Shown here: in pieces, positions 13,003-26,652 of the stretch
Numbering within the stretch: position 1 is the first letter of the stretch
How the letters are laid out: each line of letters opens with the position of its first letter
Source of the DNA: Eledone cirrhosa
Lineage: Eukaryota
Assembly: GCA_964016885.1 (NCBI GenBank)
Contig: OZ024740.1
Location: 118,172,001 to 118,236,000 of the forward strand
Reading direction: 5' to 3'
Length of the DNA: 64,000 bases
Notes under the pieces: model-generated
Told to the model about the DNA's origin: nothing
Databases searched by the model: none
What the model saw: the letters and a program-made list of their open reading frames with translations, nothing else
Made by a program: the position numbers and the translations under genes

Positions 13003-15889
13003 CATTTATTGTACTATATGTTATAAAGATTGACGCTGTCTTTGCTGTTATGGTGAAATAGTTTGTGGCCAGAGAAGGTGAGAGCCTGTAAGACCAGGAG
13101 AGAGAGAGAGAGATAGAGGGAGAGAGAGAGAGTAAAGGTCTGTAGAAGTCTGTAGACCCATGTGCCACCCATTTTATCTGTCATTAGTGCATGGCTACTA
13201 CGTAGCTATTGCATTTATGCATATTGTTTCATGCATTTTCAGGCTCATATCGCCACATGAATAGGTTGGGTCCAAGCCTCAAGAATGTTGTCTCATATAA
13301 TATTGTATGCGCCATGTGCACAGTTGCGTGTGTGTGTGTAGATGTGTAGGTATTCATCAAGTATGTGCTTTTTTAGAGATGTATAAGCATGCCCATGCGC
13401 GGGTACATGTATGTGTGTCCATGCACATATGCATACATGCATGTGTATACATGTCTCGGTGGATATATTTGTATGAACATGTCTGTGTAAGTTTATGCAT
13501 GTGTATGTGTAGATCTTCCATTTTTTTATCTGTATATATGTGCAGCGTCTTAACTATTTACGCTTTCCTGAGTACAGTGTGTGTGTTTGCGTGTAGATAT
13601 GTGTATATTTATCAAAAATACCTTTGAACTAACTTTTTGGAAAGGCAATTTCAAGCATTCTTTTAAAAACGTTCTTTTTACAGGGTTTTTCTTTTTGAAA
13701 TGTGTGTTTTTTAAGATTTTTGAGGGTGTGTTTTTCTGAAAGGTTCTGTTAAATGTTTTTCCATTTTTTTTCTGTTATTTCTAAGTATTCGCTGCACATT
13801 CAATATTTACTGTGATTGTCGCATATATTACAGTTGCGGGTGTGTACGTGATCGCTGTGGGTGTATAAATGCCCATATGTATCACACCTGCGCGAAACAT
13901 GGACATGGGTGTGGGCGCCTACAGGTTGAGAAGGCGGTGACAGGGTACGAGCGGTTCAATCATACAACCCCTTACCTCCTACAGTACTAATTCTGATTTA
14001 AGAAACAACTTTCAGGTGGCGAATGAAAGGAACCAAATATAGGACGGCCATGAGTGGCCAAAAATACCGATGACGTGTACAATTCTTGACAACTCATAGA
14101 ATGACAACAACAGGATCTAAGCTGCCGAGTGAAGGCCGCGGGTGTAATTGGACATTTGGAAACTCTGCTTCGTAGAATCAAGACATATCTGAGGACCTTG
14201 CGATTTCAGAGTCAGGTTCGACCATTACATAGATCGTGCCTTGAGCAGGTCGCCAGAGAAACGATTGTAAGATGTCTAATAAACGTTATTCGTCGCAACA
14301 CTGATTCTCCGTTTCTTATGTGATATCATACCCTGCTCTGTAAGAGCATCGAGTGATCAAACGGCCTACCGCTTACGGACGCTTTAAGCATTCCACACCA
14401 ATTATATATATATATATATATATATTCTTACACAACACCAGAAACCACATAAAAGATTAAACATATCAAAATGTAACACTGAAAATAAAATTATCCTGTT
14501 ATATAATAACAAAATTAACATTGAAATCAACCTAATACACAGGTACTAAAATGACAATCTTTATCATGCCACAATCGTTCTCTAGTATCTTTCGAGTTGT
14601 GTTAACCAGATACATTACTATAAATATACATTGTTGTGCACTAAATACTTCATCTTACCATAAACAATCCCAAATGAGTAAAATTACCTGTTAAGTTAAA
14701 CTCGTCTTGAGATGAGCGACCATTAAGAAGGCTATCTGAGTAAAAGTAATTTATTGTAGACATAAAGGCGTATTTAGCGTAATATAAATGGGGAATGTGT
14801 GGTTACAATAATGTGACAGTGTGTTTTGTCAGACATGACAGTGTTTTAAGAGGTGACTGGGATGTTCTATTATGTAGTGAGAATGGATATGGAGGGACAG
14901 TGACACGTATTTGGTATGTGATAAATATCACATTTGATGAGGGTAATTTCACGTTCAATCCTGAGCAGAATATGGGCCCAGACAATGTTTTGAATTCAGC
15001 ACATCAAAGATCTCTTCATACAAGAGACCTTTCAATGTATATATATTGAATTCTGTGTCGTTCTACCATTTCCCCACACTTTATGACTTGCCTGTCACGG
15101 GTGTGTATAATCGAGATTAATTCAGGTTGTCTAATAACGCCAATGATCGCACAGACACAAACGCACTTAGTTCATTAAAACATGAATCGCGTCCCGGTAA
15201 AAATAATTTAAAACTAATATATATATATATATATATAAGTGTATGTAGTGCCACTTCATGACAACATCATCTATCGCATATGTCCCTTTCTTTAACGAAC
15301 AATATTTCCCGGCATAATTTCGTAACCAACAAATTAATGCCACAAGATTCAACTCATAACTTAAACTGACTTAGCGAAGCAACGCAAGATAATTTGTCCA
15401 ATGCCCTTACATGCGTAAATAATAACAATTCTAAGTAAACATTCATAGAAGCAAAACAATTCATTTGGTGATGTGGAAAATATTTAGCTATGATTATTGG
15501 AAACTAAAAGAAATAAATAAGGACTAAACTACATATCTTCTACTCACCACTGTGTACTAACGATACAAATATTTTAGACTTTGAAATAAGTAGAAATATA
15601 TTTATATGTACACACCGTGCCATCATCTACTTGTGTGTATCTTCTATAATACTACTATATTTGTTTCAGCAACAAGAACATGTAGACAGTATTTCTATTT
15701 AATTAAGTTTTCAAGTTACGTTTTCTACTTATTCATAACCGATTATTTTCAGGTGCCATATGCATATTGGTTTCCTATATAAGATATTACAGGCTTCCAT
15801 AACTGCACATGGAAAATATCATGCACAACCTAATTTCCTATGTGTCAATCCTCTCATAGTTTTACGCTATGCCAGAGGATTGCCACTGC

Positions 15890-15966
<77 letters not shown>

Positions 15967-16309
15967 CATACATACATGGTGGCTGCCAACTCGTTTTCGA
16001 GTACGGCCACTACTTTATATCCATGCAGGAGAACTCCTACCGATGCGCTGAACGAGTGTGACTTTAGTCCAGCCAGCGAGTTGAAAACTCTGGTACAAAC
16101 ACTACACCTGTGACAATTATTGACACATAGTGCTAGGCCCATGGTATCATGTGACGACAAGTGCAAAGAGATCTCCAGATATAAAGCAATGCCTGTGCCA
16201 TGAAGCTTTTATAGTGAGCAAAGGCACTGCACAAAGCCAGTCCCACTCTCTTAACCAAGATGATATTTACCAAAAAGAAGAACCACTCAACATCATTGGA
16301 TACAGGTGT

Positions 16310-16575
16310 TATATCAGAGTTTTCCTTCTCCTAGAATTCTGCCTTGACAAAGGCTAAGGGGTCATCTCTCCCGGTGATTTTGGATGGCCATTGACTCTTA
16401 AGAGCTCCTTTGCCCTTTGACAGGTTTTGTTTTTAGTCCTGCAGGATGTCCAAAGTCACCCTCCTCACCAAGAAACCTTGGTGGGGTTGCCAGTTTAGTC
16501 GCCAACAACCCGACCATGGGACATGTTGTACTGGGATACATGTTACCAGTAGCACCAAGTGGTGACCTGACATAA
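16310..16575 (-). mobile_element. Probable 5' fragment of an RTE-clade LINE
   Basis: Minus strand ...gtcaaggcagaattctaggagaaggaaaactctga and ggcgactaaactggcaacccc resemble RTE 5' regions. Recognised from memory only, not aligned. Confidence 0.35.
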
Positions 16576-16630
16576 TACATACATACATACATACATACAT
16601 ACATACATACATACATACATTCATATGTAT

Positions 16631-16663
<33 letters not shown>

Positions 16664-16701
16664 TATATATATATGTATATATACATACATATCCACACGC
16701 G

Positions 16702-16736
<35 letters not shown>

Positions 16737-17483
16737 GGTATATATGTATGTGTGTATATCATGTCATCATGTAAGAATGGACTTTAAATGATGTCAATGA
16801 TGGCGATGATGAAGATGACATACGCTCGCCCCAAAACATCTGCACACATGCAAATACATGTGCAATCATACACATATGAAAGCATGTAATAAATATAAAC
16901 CAACAAAAGAGAAGATGTATGTTTTTCTATTATTTTCACAAAATAAAAATAAAACATATAAATATATTTGTGCCTATGACGTTTTGTAAAAACATTTTTT
17001 TTTCTAAAAAGAAATATTCTAGCATATTCCTGTACTTCTATTCCTTTTAATATTTTCTTTACATTTTGCTACATTTTAATAATTTATATATCTAATTTCC
17101 TTACCTTTTAAAACCCAAAATATTGTCACAATTTTTTTACAACCTCTTAGGAATATGCATTCAACCACTGTAAGGTTATTTCTAAAATTCATTCATTCTT
17201 TACATGTACTTTTGTTATTTTTAAATATATTTATCTGTTTTTATATTATTCTCATTTTCTGTGTATTTGTGTTATTATTATTTCTATGTATTAATATTTG
17301 AAATATTTCTTTGAAGGTATTGACATAATCATATTTGCATTTTTTTTCTTATTGGCTCCTTAGTTATGGTTTTGGTTTATATTAGTATTTTATTGGTGTC
17401 AGTTAATGGACTGTGGGCCATTTAGTGTGCGTGTCTTTAAGTGTAAATATATATGTGCATGTGTACGTTTATATATATATGTA

Positions 17484-17565
<82 letters not shown>

Positions 17566-17637
17566 GGAGTAACAAATAATAGATTATTGCAGTCCAAACC
17601 TTTTTTGTATAGCAAACCATGTCACTCTTCTTTCCTG

Positions 17638-17766
<129 letters not shown>

Positions 17767-18199
17767 TTATTGACGAACGTAGAAATGAGTACTCAATACC
17801 GAAATGAAGTATAAATATTCTTTATTACAACTATGTGGTGAGACTTGTTACTCTACAGTTTCACCTGTGCATTCATCGCCTGATTTTAACAGAAGCGCTA
17901 GTAGGATCTGCTTTTTGGGGTGGAAAATGTACATCAAAGCTCTGTGACCCGTGTTGAGCTTGAATGTTTTACCTAGCGGGAATTGTTGGAGACGGGTAAC
18001 GGCCGATACGATGGCAAATGCTTAGCGTTTGATACTTGACCTTTTAGATTCAGTAGATGTCAATTTGTTTATTACATATAGGACCGGATGAAAGTTTACC
18101 CACCACGCTGTTCATTGAGGAATCCGTCATCAGCTCGGTGGGTAGTTTAGGAGGAAATGGTTCTTAACATAGTTCGTCTTTAATATTCACAAATTCAAG

Positions 18200-20142
18200 T
18201 TGGCACTTCTCTCTGCACTGAAAACGATCGGCAGTAATTAGTTTCTGCATGTTTATTGTTTTCTCACTGAAATTTGAAATTAATCGCCCCAATTATTCTA
18301 GTAGTCTAAGAAAGAATCGTCGTTCCTCAGTTTTCCTGTGCTGATTTAATACCATGTTTCTGTCAACGAGCAATTTAGCAGGTTTAATTACTTCTACCGA
18401 TATCACACGACCTAAAAATGTGATGCTTATAATCATTTGAACGACTTTTTCGCTGTTGATGGGGACTTGCTTCTCGCATACTCATCCGCGGGTGGTATTT
18501 TAGAGTTTATCCAGGCTCTCTTCTGTCTCAGCTAAAACGATTATACCATGGGATAAACTTCTTTAGTCCTTAGAGCACGATATCCTCCATGTCATGCTGA
18601 AAAATTGCACAACTCCTCTTCGTCCCCATCTGTAATCGCATAACCAGATAGACCCCCTCTTGTAGTATTTATGGCACAGAGCTTCTGAGTGTTTTCGAGT
18701 TCAGTCTTGCCATATGGATCAGTTAAGTCAATCTTAGCGAAGAATCTTGCACCACTAAGCTTGCTGAACATGGTTTCCATTTGTGGCAAAGAATTGGCTT
18801 CAGTACATTTCTTAACATTCAGGTGAACTTTGTAGTCAGGACACATACGAAGTCATCCATTTTTCTTTCTAACCCACATGACTGGAGAGATATTGACTAC
18901 GCCACAATGAGGGCATTTTTTAATTACATCTTTAGCTACAAATTCATCCAACTCCTTTGCTACATCTTCCTCGAGCGTAATAGGTACGCTTCGTGCGGCA
19001 CAGAATTTATCGGAGGCATTAATTATTAATTTAACAGAAGCTTGGGCTCCTTTGATTGTCGAAAGAAATGATTCAACGTTGCAAACTGTTACAACATTCA
19101 GTACATCACAATCTGGGAGACCATATTTTCGGCAGCATTTACTTACTTTGAAAGTATGGAGAAATTGTTGACCTCCTCACTAAGACAAGTGTAACCAATA
19201 CGTTCCATGCGATGTCCATCATTCTATTCGTACGAAGAGGGTTATTTTGTTACTGTCACGCCGATGTCATTTGACATTTTAGAAGAGATAAGGCTCCAGG
19301 GTGCTCCCGTATCATGCACCATGTCAATAATATGACCATTGAGGGAGATAGTTTCAAATACTGGTTTTTCAACTGTGTGATCGATAAGTCATGATTCCAT
19401 CTTGTGAAGATCCCTGGTACTGTTACAAACCTTTTCAAGTAGCTTGGATAGCAGGACATTTGTACTGTATGGACTAGGATTTACGACAGCAGTAACACGA
19501 TTTATCATTTAATCCTTTCTAGTGTCTTGTTTAGTCGTTTTGGAATAAGCAATAACCTCCTCTTTTGAATTGTCGTTACAAAATTCGGATATTTGCGAAG
19601 AACCCTGTAGAAATTGTACTGTAGCTTCCAAAGAGGGTTCGCTAACTTTATTAGCTTGAAGATCTTTTTCTCTTTCCTCACTAATTCTTAGACAACTAAC
19701 TGAGACAATATGAGATTTTCAGTCACTGTCCTTCTAAAGGTTTTCAGGCTCTCAAAATCGCAGTATTCACTGGCGTGTTGAAGATTCGAAATAAATTGAG
19801 GATTGCCTCATTGGGCTGTTGAATAGTGGGGGAAAATGTTGTTCTTTCAGACAGTTTCTTTAAAGGGGAAACATAATTGAGAATCGAATATTTGAGATCA
19901 GCGTAAATCATCTTCATGATATTCTTCAGGATGTTAATATCTCGGACAATCTTTAATGCTTGTATTCCGACCAAAGAATTGAATTTCCTAGCCGTAGAAC
20001 ATTGGGCACCATCTTGTATGTTATCATCTACTCCGTCAACGTGAGCCTTTGCTTCAAATGTCATGAGCCAGGTTGTGACGTCTTTGACCGACTGTACGTT
20101 AATGTCATCAAGAAATTGTCTTTGACCTATCGGAGACGCCAC
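18200..20142 (-). pseudogene. Decayed Ty3/Gypsy gag-pol
   Basis: The RT motif CPDYKVHLN..SLPQMETMFSKLSGARFFAKIDL..KLCAINTTRG (18592-18846) matches Gypsy RT. Gag-like ORF at 19744-20142. Many stops and frameshifts; no LTR pair identified. Confidence 0.8.
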
Positions 20143-21934
20143 TGCCGTGTCTTGTTTATATCCTTATATGTGTAGGTAATTGAACAAGGAAGAGTAAATT
20201 ACAAATTTCTTTTTAGACTCAGTGAATCGCAATAAACTACAGAACTGTTGAACTGAAGCAAACATATAATAATAATAACACTGAACGCAATTCCATGGTG
20301 ACAGAAAGTATTGTGTACTCCGCAAACGGCCAGACTGTGATTCGAATCTGTTAGATATAATTGTGTATCCCCGTTTAGCTGAAACATAATAAATAGACAA
20401 AATACACGAGCACACTTGAAACATGTGATTGTGATATGATTGCCTATCGTTATATAATTAAATAATTACACATCACATGTCAGATACCACTCAATATTAT
20501 TTCAATGCAAAACATTTTCTATTCATGATCACATTAAAGATCACTATTAACATTATCCTCCCCCACCAATATCACCACCCACAAGCAGAAATCTACCGAA
20601 CCCTTTCGTTTGATACAATCAATCCTCTATCACAATACAAAGGTCATTGATGCTTTACTATTTCTTACCATTTCTCCCTTTTGCCCACCATTGTTCCATC
20701 ATTTCCCACCACGGATTCCCAAACTTTCACGTGAAAACCGAGCAGAGCTTCATTTTTTGTTTGAAACTACTTTCCAGAATGACCACAACTTGCCACCCTT
20801 AGAGTTTTTATAGCCTCCCTTTATCTTTGCTCACAAAGACACACACGGTAGTATCCACGGTAGCAATACCCACACTCACATTCACAACACCTATATATAT
20901 ACCACCTAACACACATATAGACATCTGACACGCACATTCCTACTCCAATCATGCATATCTTCCATATTGAACCTTTCGGGCCCATCAAGCGCATGATGTA
21001 GTATTCCATGCACACAATATACACATACACATTCGTACGACCGCATCATATACGCATACGTTTGCAAACTCGATAATTTTAACACCACCTACACCGCTCC
21101 TTCCAATTCCACACCCACACACGTTTAGATGCATGCATACATATGTGTGCGCGTACAGGCATACGTATATACATGCCCTCATGCATCACACACCACCAAC
21201 AAATAATACTCCATAGCTCTCAGTTGAGAGTGCATATGTGTTTGTATCTCCTGATTGTGTAGCAGTTTCACGTTGCAACCAGTGCCGCTGCTGAGATGCC
21301 ATAGGTGTTGAATGTTTCTCAATATTTACCCCTCCTCATTCACAATTCCCGGCTTTATTCCCCTCTATACAAGCAATGACTTCACATTTCGTAGTTCAGT
21401 CGTCTGCAGTTCTGGCACCATATTTTCGTGCCCGAAGCCAAGCAGTTTCTCTTAAGCTCTGTTACGGTCTAACGCATATCCATGTGCAGCTTTGGACGGA
21501 CAAATGGACAAATGGACAAACCAACACATACACACACAGATACAGATTAACACACACGCACATACGTAGGCACACACGCACGAACACTCACACATACACA
21601 AACGCAGACACACATACACACATGTCCGCTCAAAATAAATAAGGCCTACCACTTTTTTCTAAAACAACCCTAATACCTATGATACCTACTGACCAGTAAT
21701 CAGCACATATATGATATGGCTGACTGAACGTACGTGTGTTTTCAAAGTCATTTTTTCCGTTCGATCCTCTTTTCATTCTTTATCTTTCTATTTCTTCTTT
21801 TATTTCTCCTTCTAATCTTCTGATGAAAAACTAGTGTCCAAAACTTTAAGATTCTTTTCTTACTATATCAATCATTAAACAAATGCATATCTTCATTTTA
21901 CTGTATTGTTTACTTTGTTGTTTATGTTTACTTA

Positions 21935-22012
<78 letters not shown>

Positions 22013-22729
22013 ACACGCACACGCACACACACACACACATATATATATATGTATGTATTGAAGTTTCCGTTGAAAATTGGAAAATCATAGGAGTGAATAG
22101 TGCTCTATGTAAGTACTAGAGCAAAATTTAATGTATAATAAACAATACAATATAATTACCTCATTACCAGAGGTTTCCCAAATAAGACGAATACGAAAGA
22201 AACGTCCTCATTCGTTCGTTGGACGAGGCAATATAAAACATAGTGAAATATTTGGAAAGTCTCCTCAAGAAATGCAAAAAAAATATATATATATAAATAA
22301 AAGTAATGCAATAGACATATAAAATATATAAAAACATTATAAGGAAATATAGTTAGGTGTGTGTATATCTATGTATATACACTCACAGATGTACATATGT
22401 ATGTATGTACAAATGCGTGTGTATGGTGAAAATGTGTGCGTAAATATATATATGAGGGCAAGTATAAATGTGTATATGTAACCACAAATACAGATATAAT
22501 TTGAGTTGAAAATAAATTGATAATCTAGTTGGCATGTATACAGAAACAGGGTATTAGATACATTATATGAATATGAAGGCACGCGTATAAACACACACAC
22601 ACGCGCGTTCACTTATATGCGGAAGAAAAAGAACTAAGAGAGTGTAATAGTTAAAAGAAAGTGTCATTCTCGATATATTTATAAAAATGGAACAATATAT
22701 TAGAAAGAAAAACTTTTAAAAGTACTACT

Positions 22730-23220
22730 CCTGCGGTCCCCCTATTAAATCTTATATCATCAACAAAAAATCACCTAGAGAACATCAAAATTGCTCCTGT
22801 AGAATCAAAAGTGAATGCCCATTACAATGTAAATGCAACACCAAAGTCATTGTATATGCGGCTAAAGTGACAACCATCAGCAACAGCCACCAGTGAACGA
22901 TATGTGGGTATGACGCAAAACAAATTCAAAACGCGTTATTACTCACATGTCGCATCCTTTCGACATCCAGGAAAAAGATTCACAACAGCTCTGGCTAGCA
23001 GAATATGGGATTTGAAACACCAAGGTATCCAATATAAATTGGATTGGTCTATTTTGAACCAATCTAAATAATATGCAAGAGGAACAAGAAAATGCACACT
23101 CTACATAAATGAAAAATATTGGATTTTGCAAAACCTTAAATCACCAAAGACCTGCCTAAACACAAAGACAGACATGTTCACCATGTTCACACATGAAATC
23201 ACACTTGCTTTCCAGCTCAT
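22730..23220 (+). pseudogene. PLE Cys-rich linker plus GIY-YIG endonuclease remnant
   Basis: Translates with frameshifts to NCSCRIKSECPLQCKCNTKVIVYAAKV..RYVGMTQNKFKTRYYSHVASFRHP. Close relative of 60560-61000. Confidence 0.8.
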
Positions 23221-23341
23221 ATAAACTTAACACACTTTCAGATACTTATCCTCCATAAGCTCTTATTCTTCACTTCAATTATTCTCTTTAAAGACTACTC
23301 TTTCTGATTTAATTTACTTTCATTTTTAACCTTATTATTAA

Positions 23342-23460
23342 TTTTATTTTTATTTTTATTTTTATTTTTATTTTTATTTTTATTTTTATTTTTATTTTTA
23401 TTTTTATTTTTATTTTTATTTTTATTTTTATTTTTATTTTTATTTTTATTTTTATTTTTA
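23342..23460. repeat. (TTTTTA)n hexanucleotide microsatellite
   Basis: Direct reading. Confidence 0.95.
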
Positions 23461-23934
23461 CTTCACATCCACCAGTAACCCCCCCCCCCTTTATTCTCCG
23501 ATTCACTCACCTAATATCTTCACTTTCCACATTTTACTTCCCTATTTTCTTTACTACCTGATTACACAGTCACTTGCGTTTTCCACTCCAGATATTTTCT
23601 GTTATTTCGCAGCCAATTTTATATTTTTATATTTGTACTCACTTATTCATAAGGCTGTTTTTACACCCTGTATCTATGTGTCTGAGCGTCTTTATGTGTG
23701 TATACTTTCTGCATATGTACACGAATGCCTCCGTATGTGCGCGTGCGTGCGTGTATATATATATGTGTATGTATGTGTGTTTTTATATCTGTGTTTTTAC
23801 ATCTATGTTTTTTTACATTCTTATTTTTATGTGTGCGTGTAAGCGGGTCAATGTGCGTGAATGTATGTATGTGTGTATATATGTATTGTATGTATGGATG
23901 AGTATGTGTGCGTGTGTATATATATATATGTATT

Positions 23935-23967
<33 letters not shown>

Positions 23968-24886
23968 ATACAGTCGCGTGCGTACGTGTGATTAGATATA
24001 CATGGGGCGATATGTATGTGCATTCTGTGTGTGTATGTACGCTTGCATACGCTTTTGTCTGCACGTATTGCGTGTATATATATATTTTTTTATAGATATA
24101 TGTGTATATATATGTGTTTTTATAGATATATGTGTATGTACGCGTGTACCTTGTTTCTTTTCTTTTCTTTTCTTTTCTTTTCTTTTCTTTTCTTTTCTTT
24201 TCTTTACTTTTCTTTACTTTTCTTTTCTTTTCTTTTCTTTTCTTTTCTTTTCTTTTCTCTTCTCTAGTGTTAATTGACTACTTTCTCTTTCATTTAAAAT
24301 TTGTTTCTTTCTAATATATTGTTCCATTTTTATTAATGTATCGAGAATGACACTTTCTTTTAACTATTACACTCCCTTACCTCTTTTTCTTCCGCATATA
24401 AGTGAACGCGCGTGTGTGTGTGTTTATACGCGTGCCTTCATATTCATATAATGTATCTAATACCCTGTTTCTGTATACATGTCAACTAGATTATCAATTT
24501 ATTTTCAACTCATATTATATCTGTATTTGTGGTTACATATACACATTTATACTTGCCCTCATATATATATTTACGCACACATTTTCACCATACACACGCA
24601 TTTGTACATACATACATATGTACATCTGTGAGTGTATATACATAGATATACACACACCTAACTATATTTCCTTATCATTTTTTTATATATTTTATATGTC
24701 TATTGCATTACTTTTATTTATATATATATATATATATATTTGTATTTCTTGAGGAGACTTTCCAAATATTTCACTATGTTTTATATTGCCTCGTCCGACG
24801 AACGAATGAGGACGTTTCTTTTGTATTCGACTTATTCGTGAAACCTCTTGTAATGAGGTAATTATATTGTATTGTTTATTATACAT

Positions 24887-24919
<33 letters not shown>

Positions 24920-24929
24920 ATATATATAC

Positions 24930-26432
24930 TGGATAACAGGTTATCGTTATAGGTAGTCTCCACTTAGATGTAGTCCAGTTAGAGTACTCAGTGTTGTGGA
25001 TGGTATTAACGTATGGCTGGTTGTGGATGGTATTACGTATGTAAGACGTTTCCATAGTGATGCTGCGAGTACGCGGTGATTTCTATGTAGTTTATACTTG
25101 GAGTAATAATAATTCAAGAAAGAGGAGTGACATGGCTGGCTATACAATAAGGGCTTTATTCACATTGCTGACAATTGTTTCTTTGATCTGGTCGGTCTAG
25201 AGTTCGCTAATCGCTTGATGTTGCGTCAATCGATCTCCACTACTTTGTTTATAACCAGTCGTTTCATCAGAGCGTGTGAAAGTGAGGAAGATACTCAAGG
25301 CATGGCTTTTATAGAGGAGTGGTATTAAACCAGAACAATAATATCAATAATAAAATAACTAGATACTGAATAGTTAGAATAATAACATCAATATAAGTAG
25401 GAATAGAGTATAATGATAAATCTAGCATATTAAAAGAACTGATATAATACAGATGCATGAAATTGACATGTGAAAACTGCTATATGGTACATTAGATTTA
25501 GTAGGGTGGTGAAGAGATAACTGATAAAATGTACTTGGAGTCAGGATTTAGGAGTAATTATGAGGTATATACGTGTGCTGTAGGTCTAAAAGCACACTAG
25601 CAATACACCGCAGATTGATTTATAGTTTGATAGATAAGTATTTTCGTTGTGTCAACTTAGTGAGAATTATAGAGCGGGTGCATAGAGATAAATTGGTTTT
25701 ATGTGATATTAAGTAAGTTGTAGATTCTGTATTTAAAGGTTTTAGTGGTCTATTCTAAAAGTTGGGATTGTTAGTTCGGATCATGGGGGTTTAGTTTTCA
25801 CAACATTAATAACAAATAGTGCATACATAAGAAAATAATAACAAATAGTGTATAAATAAGACAAAAATAACAAATAGTGTATAAATAAGACAATAATAAC
25901 AACAATAATAGAGACAATAAAAGTAATAAAATAATAAAATATGCATGGTAAATAAATAGAACATGATGAATAAAATTAGGGATACATTGAGATGATCATA
26001 ATAATAATAAGAAGAAAATAAGATTTCAAGGAGTGTAGGAGTAATAAGATAATGTACTTAGAATTAAGTTTATCAGTTAGAGATGATGAGTGCTAATATG
26101 AGATACGTAGATATACCTGTTTGGTCCGAAGGAATAAACAACTGCAAAGATGGGATAGATTTATGGGCTGACAAGATAATTTAATTATAGGCGTTACTAC
26201 CCCATCATAGTGGTATAGATGTAGGGAGGCTAGAAGGTGTTTATAGTAGGTTATGGTTCTGAAGTGGGCTGTGTGAGAATGCCGATTTCATATGTTAACT
26301 ACTAAGTGATATTCCATTAACATAAGGGATGCTGGTTCGAATCACAGTGGTTTAAATCTCGTGAATTTTGTAGCAATCCTATGTCTGCAGAAAATTGACC
26401 TTTCTATTTTGCTGTTGAGTAGCATTTTATCG
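24930..26432 (-). mobile_element. 3' fragment of a PLE (endonuclease C-terminus plus long 3' region with HHR)
   Basis: Minus strand DKMLLNSKIERSIFCRHRIATKF matches the PLE endonuclease C-terminal LLN..E...CRHR motif. HHR near 25.2 kb. (TA)n at both ends. Confidence 0.7.
25161..25278 (-). ncRNA. Hammerhead ribozyme with long stem II insertion
   Basis: cacacgct-CTGATGA-[~85 nt, containing ctggt/accag]-GAAAC-AATT-GTC-agcaatgtg. Palindromic stem III and GUC triplet. Confidence 0.6.
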
Positions 26433-26459
26433 TATATATATATATATATATATATATAT

Positions 26460-26652
26460 AACGAAGGAATTGTGGTAAGGAACCAGATGGACCATAACGT
26501 ACCAAAGTACTTAATACTTAGTGTAGTAGAGTGGGTAATAGGAACAAGTATGACCCCGACGGCAGAACTCAAGCCGTTTCGACGGCTATTTCTGTCCAGA
26601 AATAGCCGTCGAAACGGCTTGAGCTCTGCCGTCGGGGTCATACTTGTTCCTA
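26460..26652. mobile_element. Solo pLTR fold-back, family B (related to the 47-51 kb PLE)
   Basis: Palindrome taggaacaagtatgaccccgacggc...gccgtcggggtcatacttgttccta with an ~80-nt extra left tail. (TA)n flanks. Homologous to 50724-50860. Confidence 0.85.

Larger units (their letters stand above)
22060..24888. mobile_element. 5'-truncated PLE with long inverted terminal copy (family E)
   Basis: About 22130-22720 is the diverged reverse complement of about 24290-24888. The left arm has a ~70-nt extra tail. A GIY-YIG remnant and a low-complexity 3' region lie between the arms. Confidence 0.8.

Noticed and set aside
14795-15049. 84-aa ORF as a host exon
   Set aside because: Non-repetitive and plausible, but with no recognisable domain or convincing splice context.
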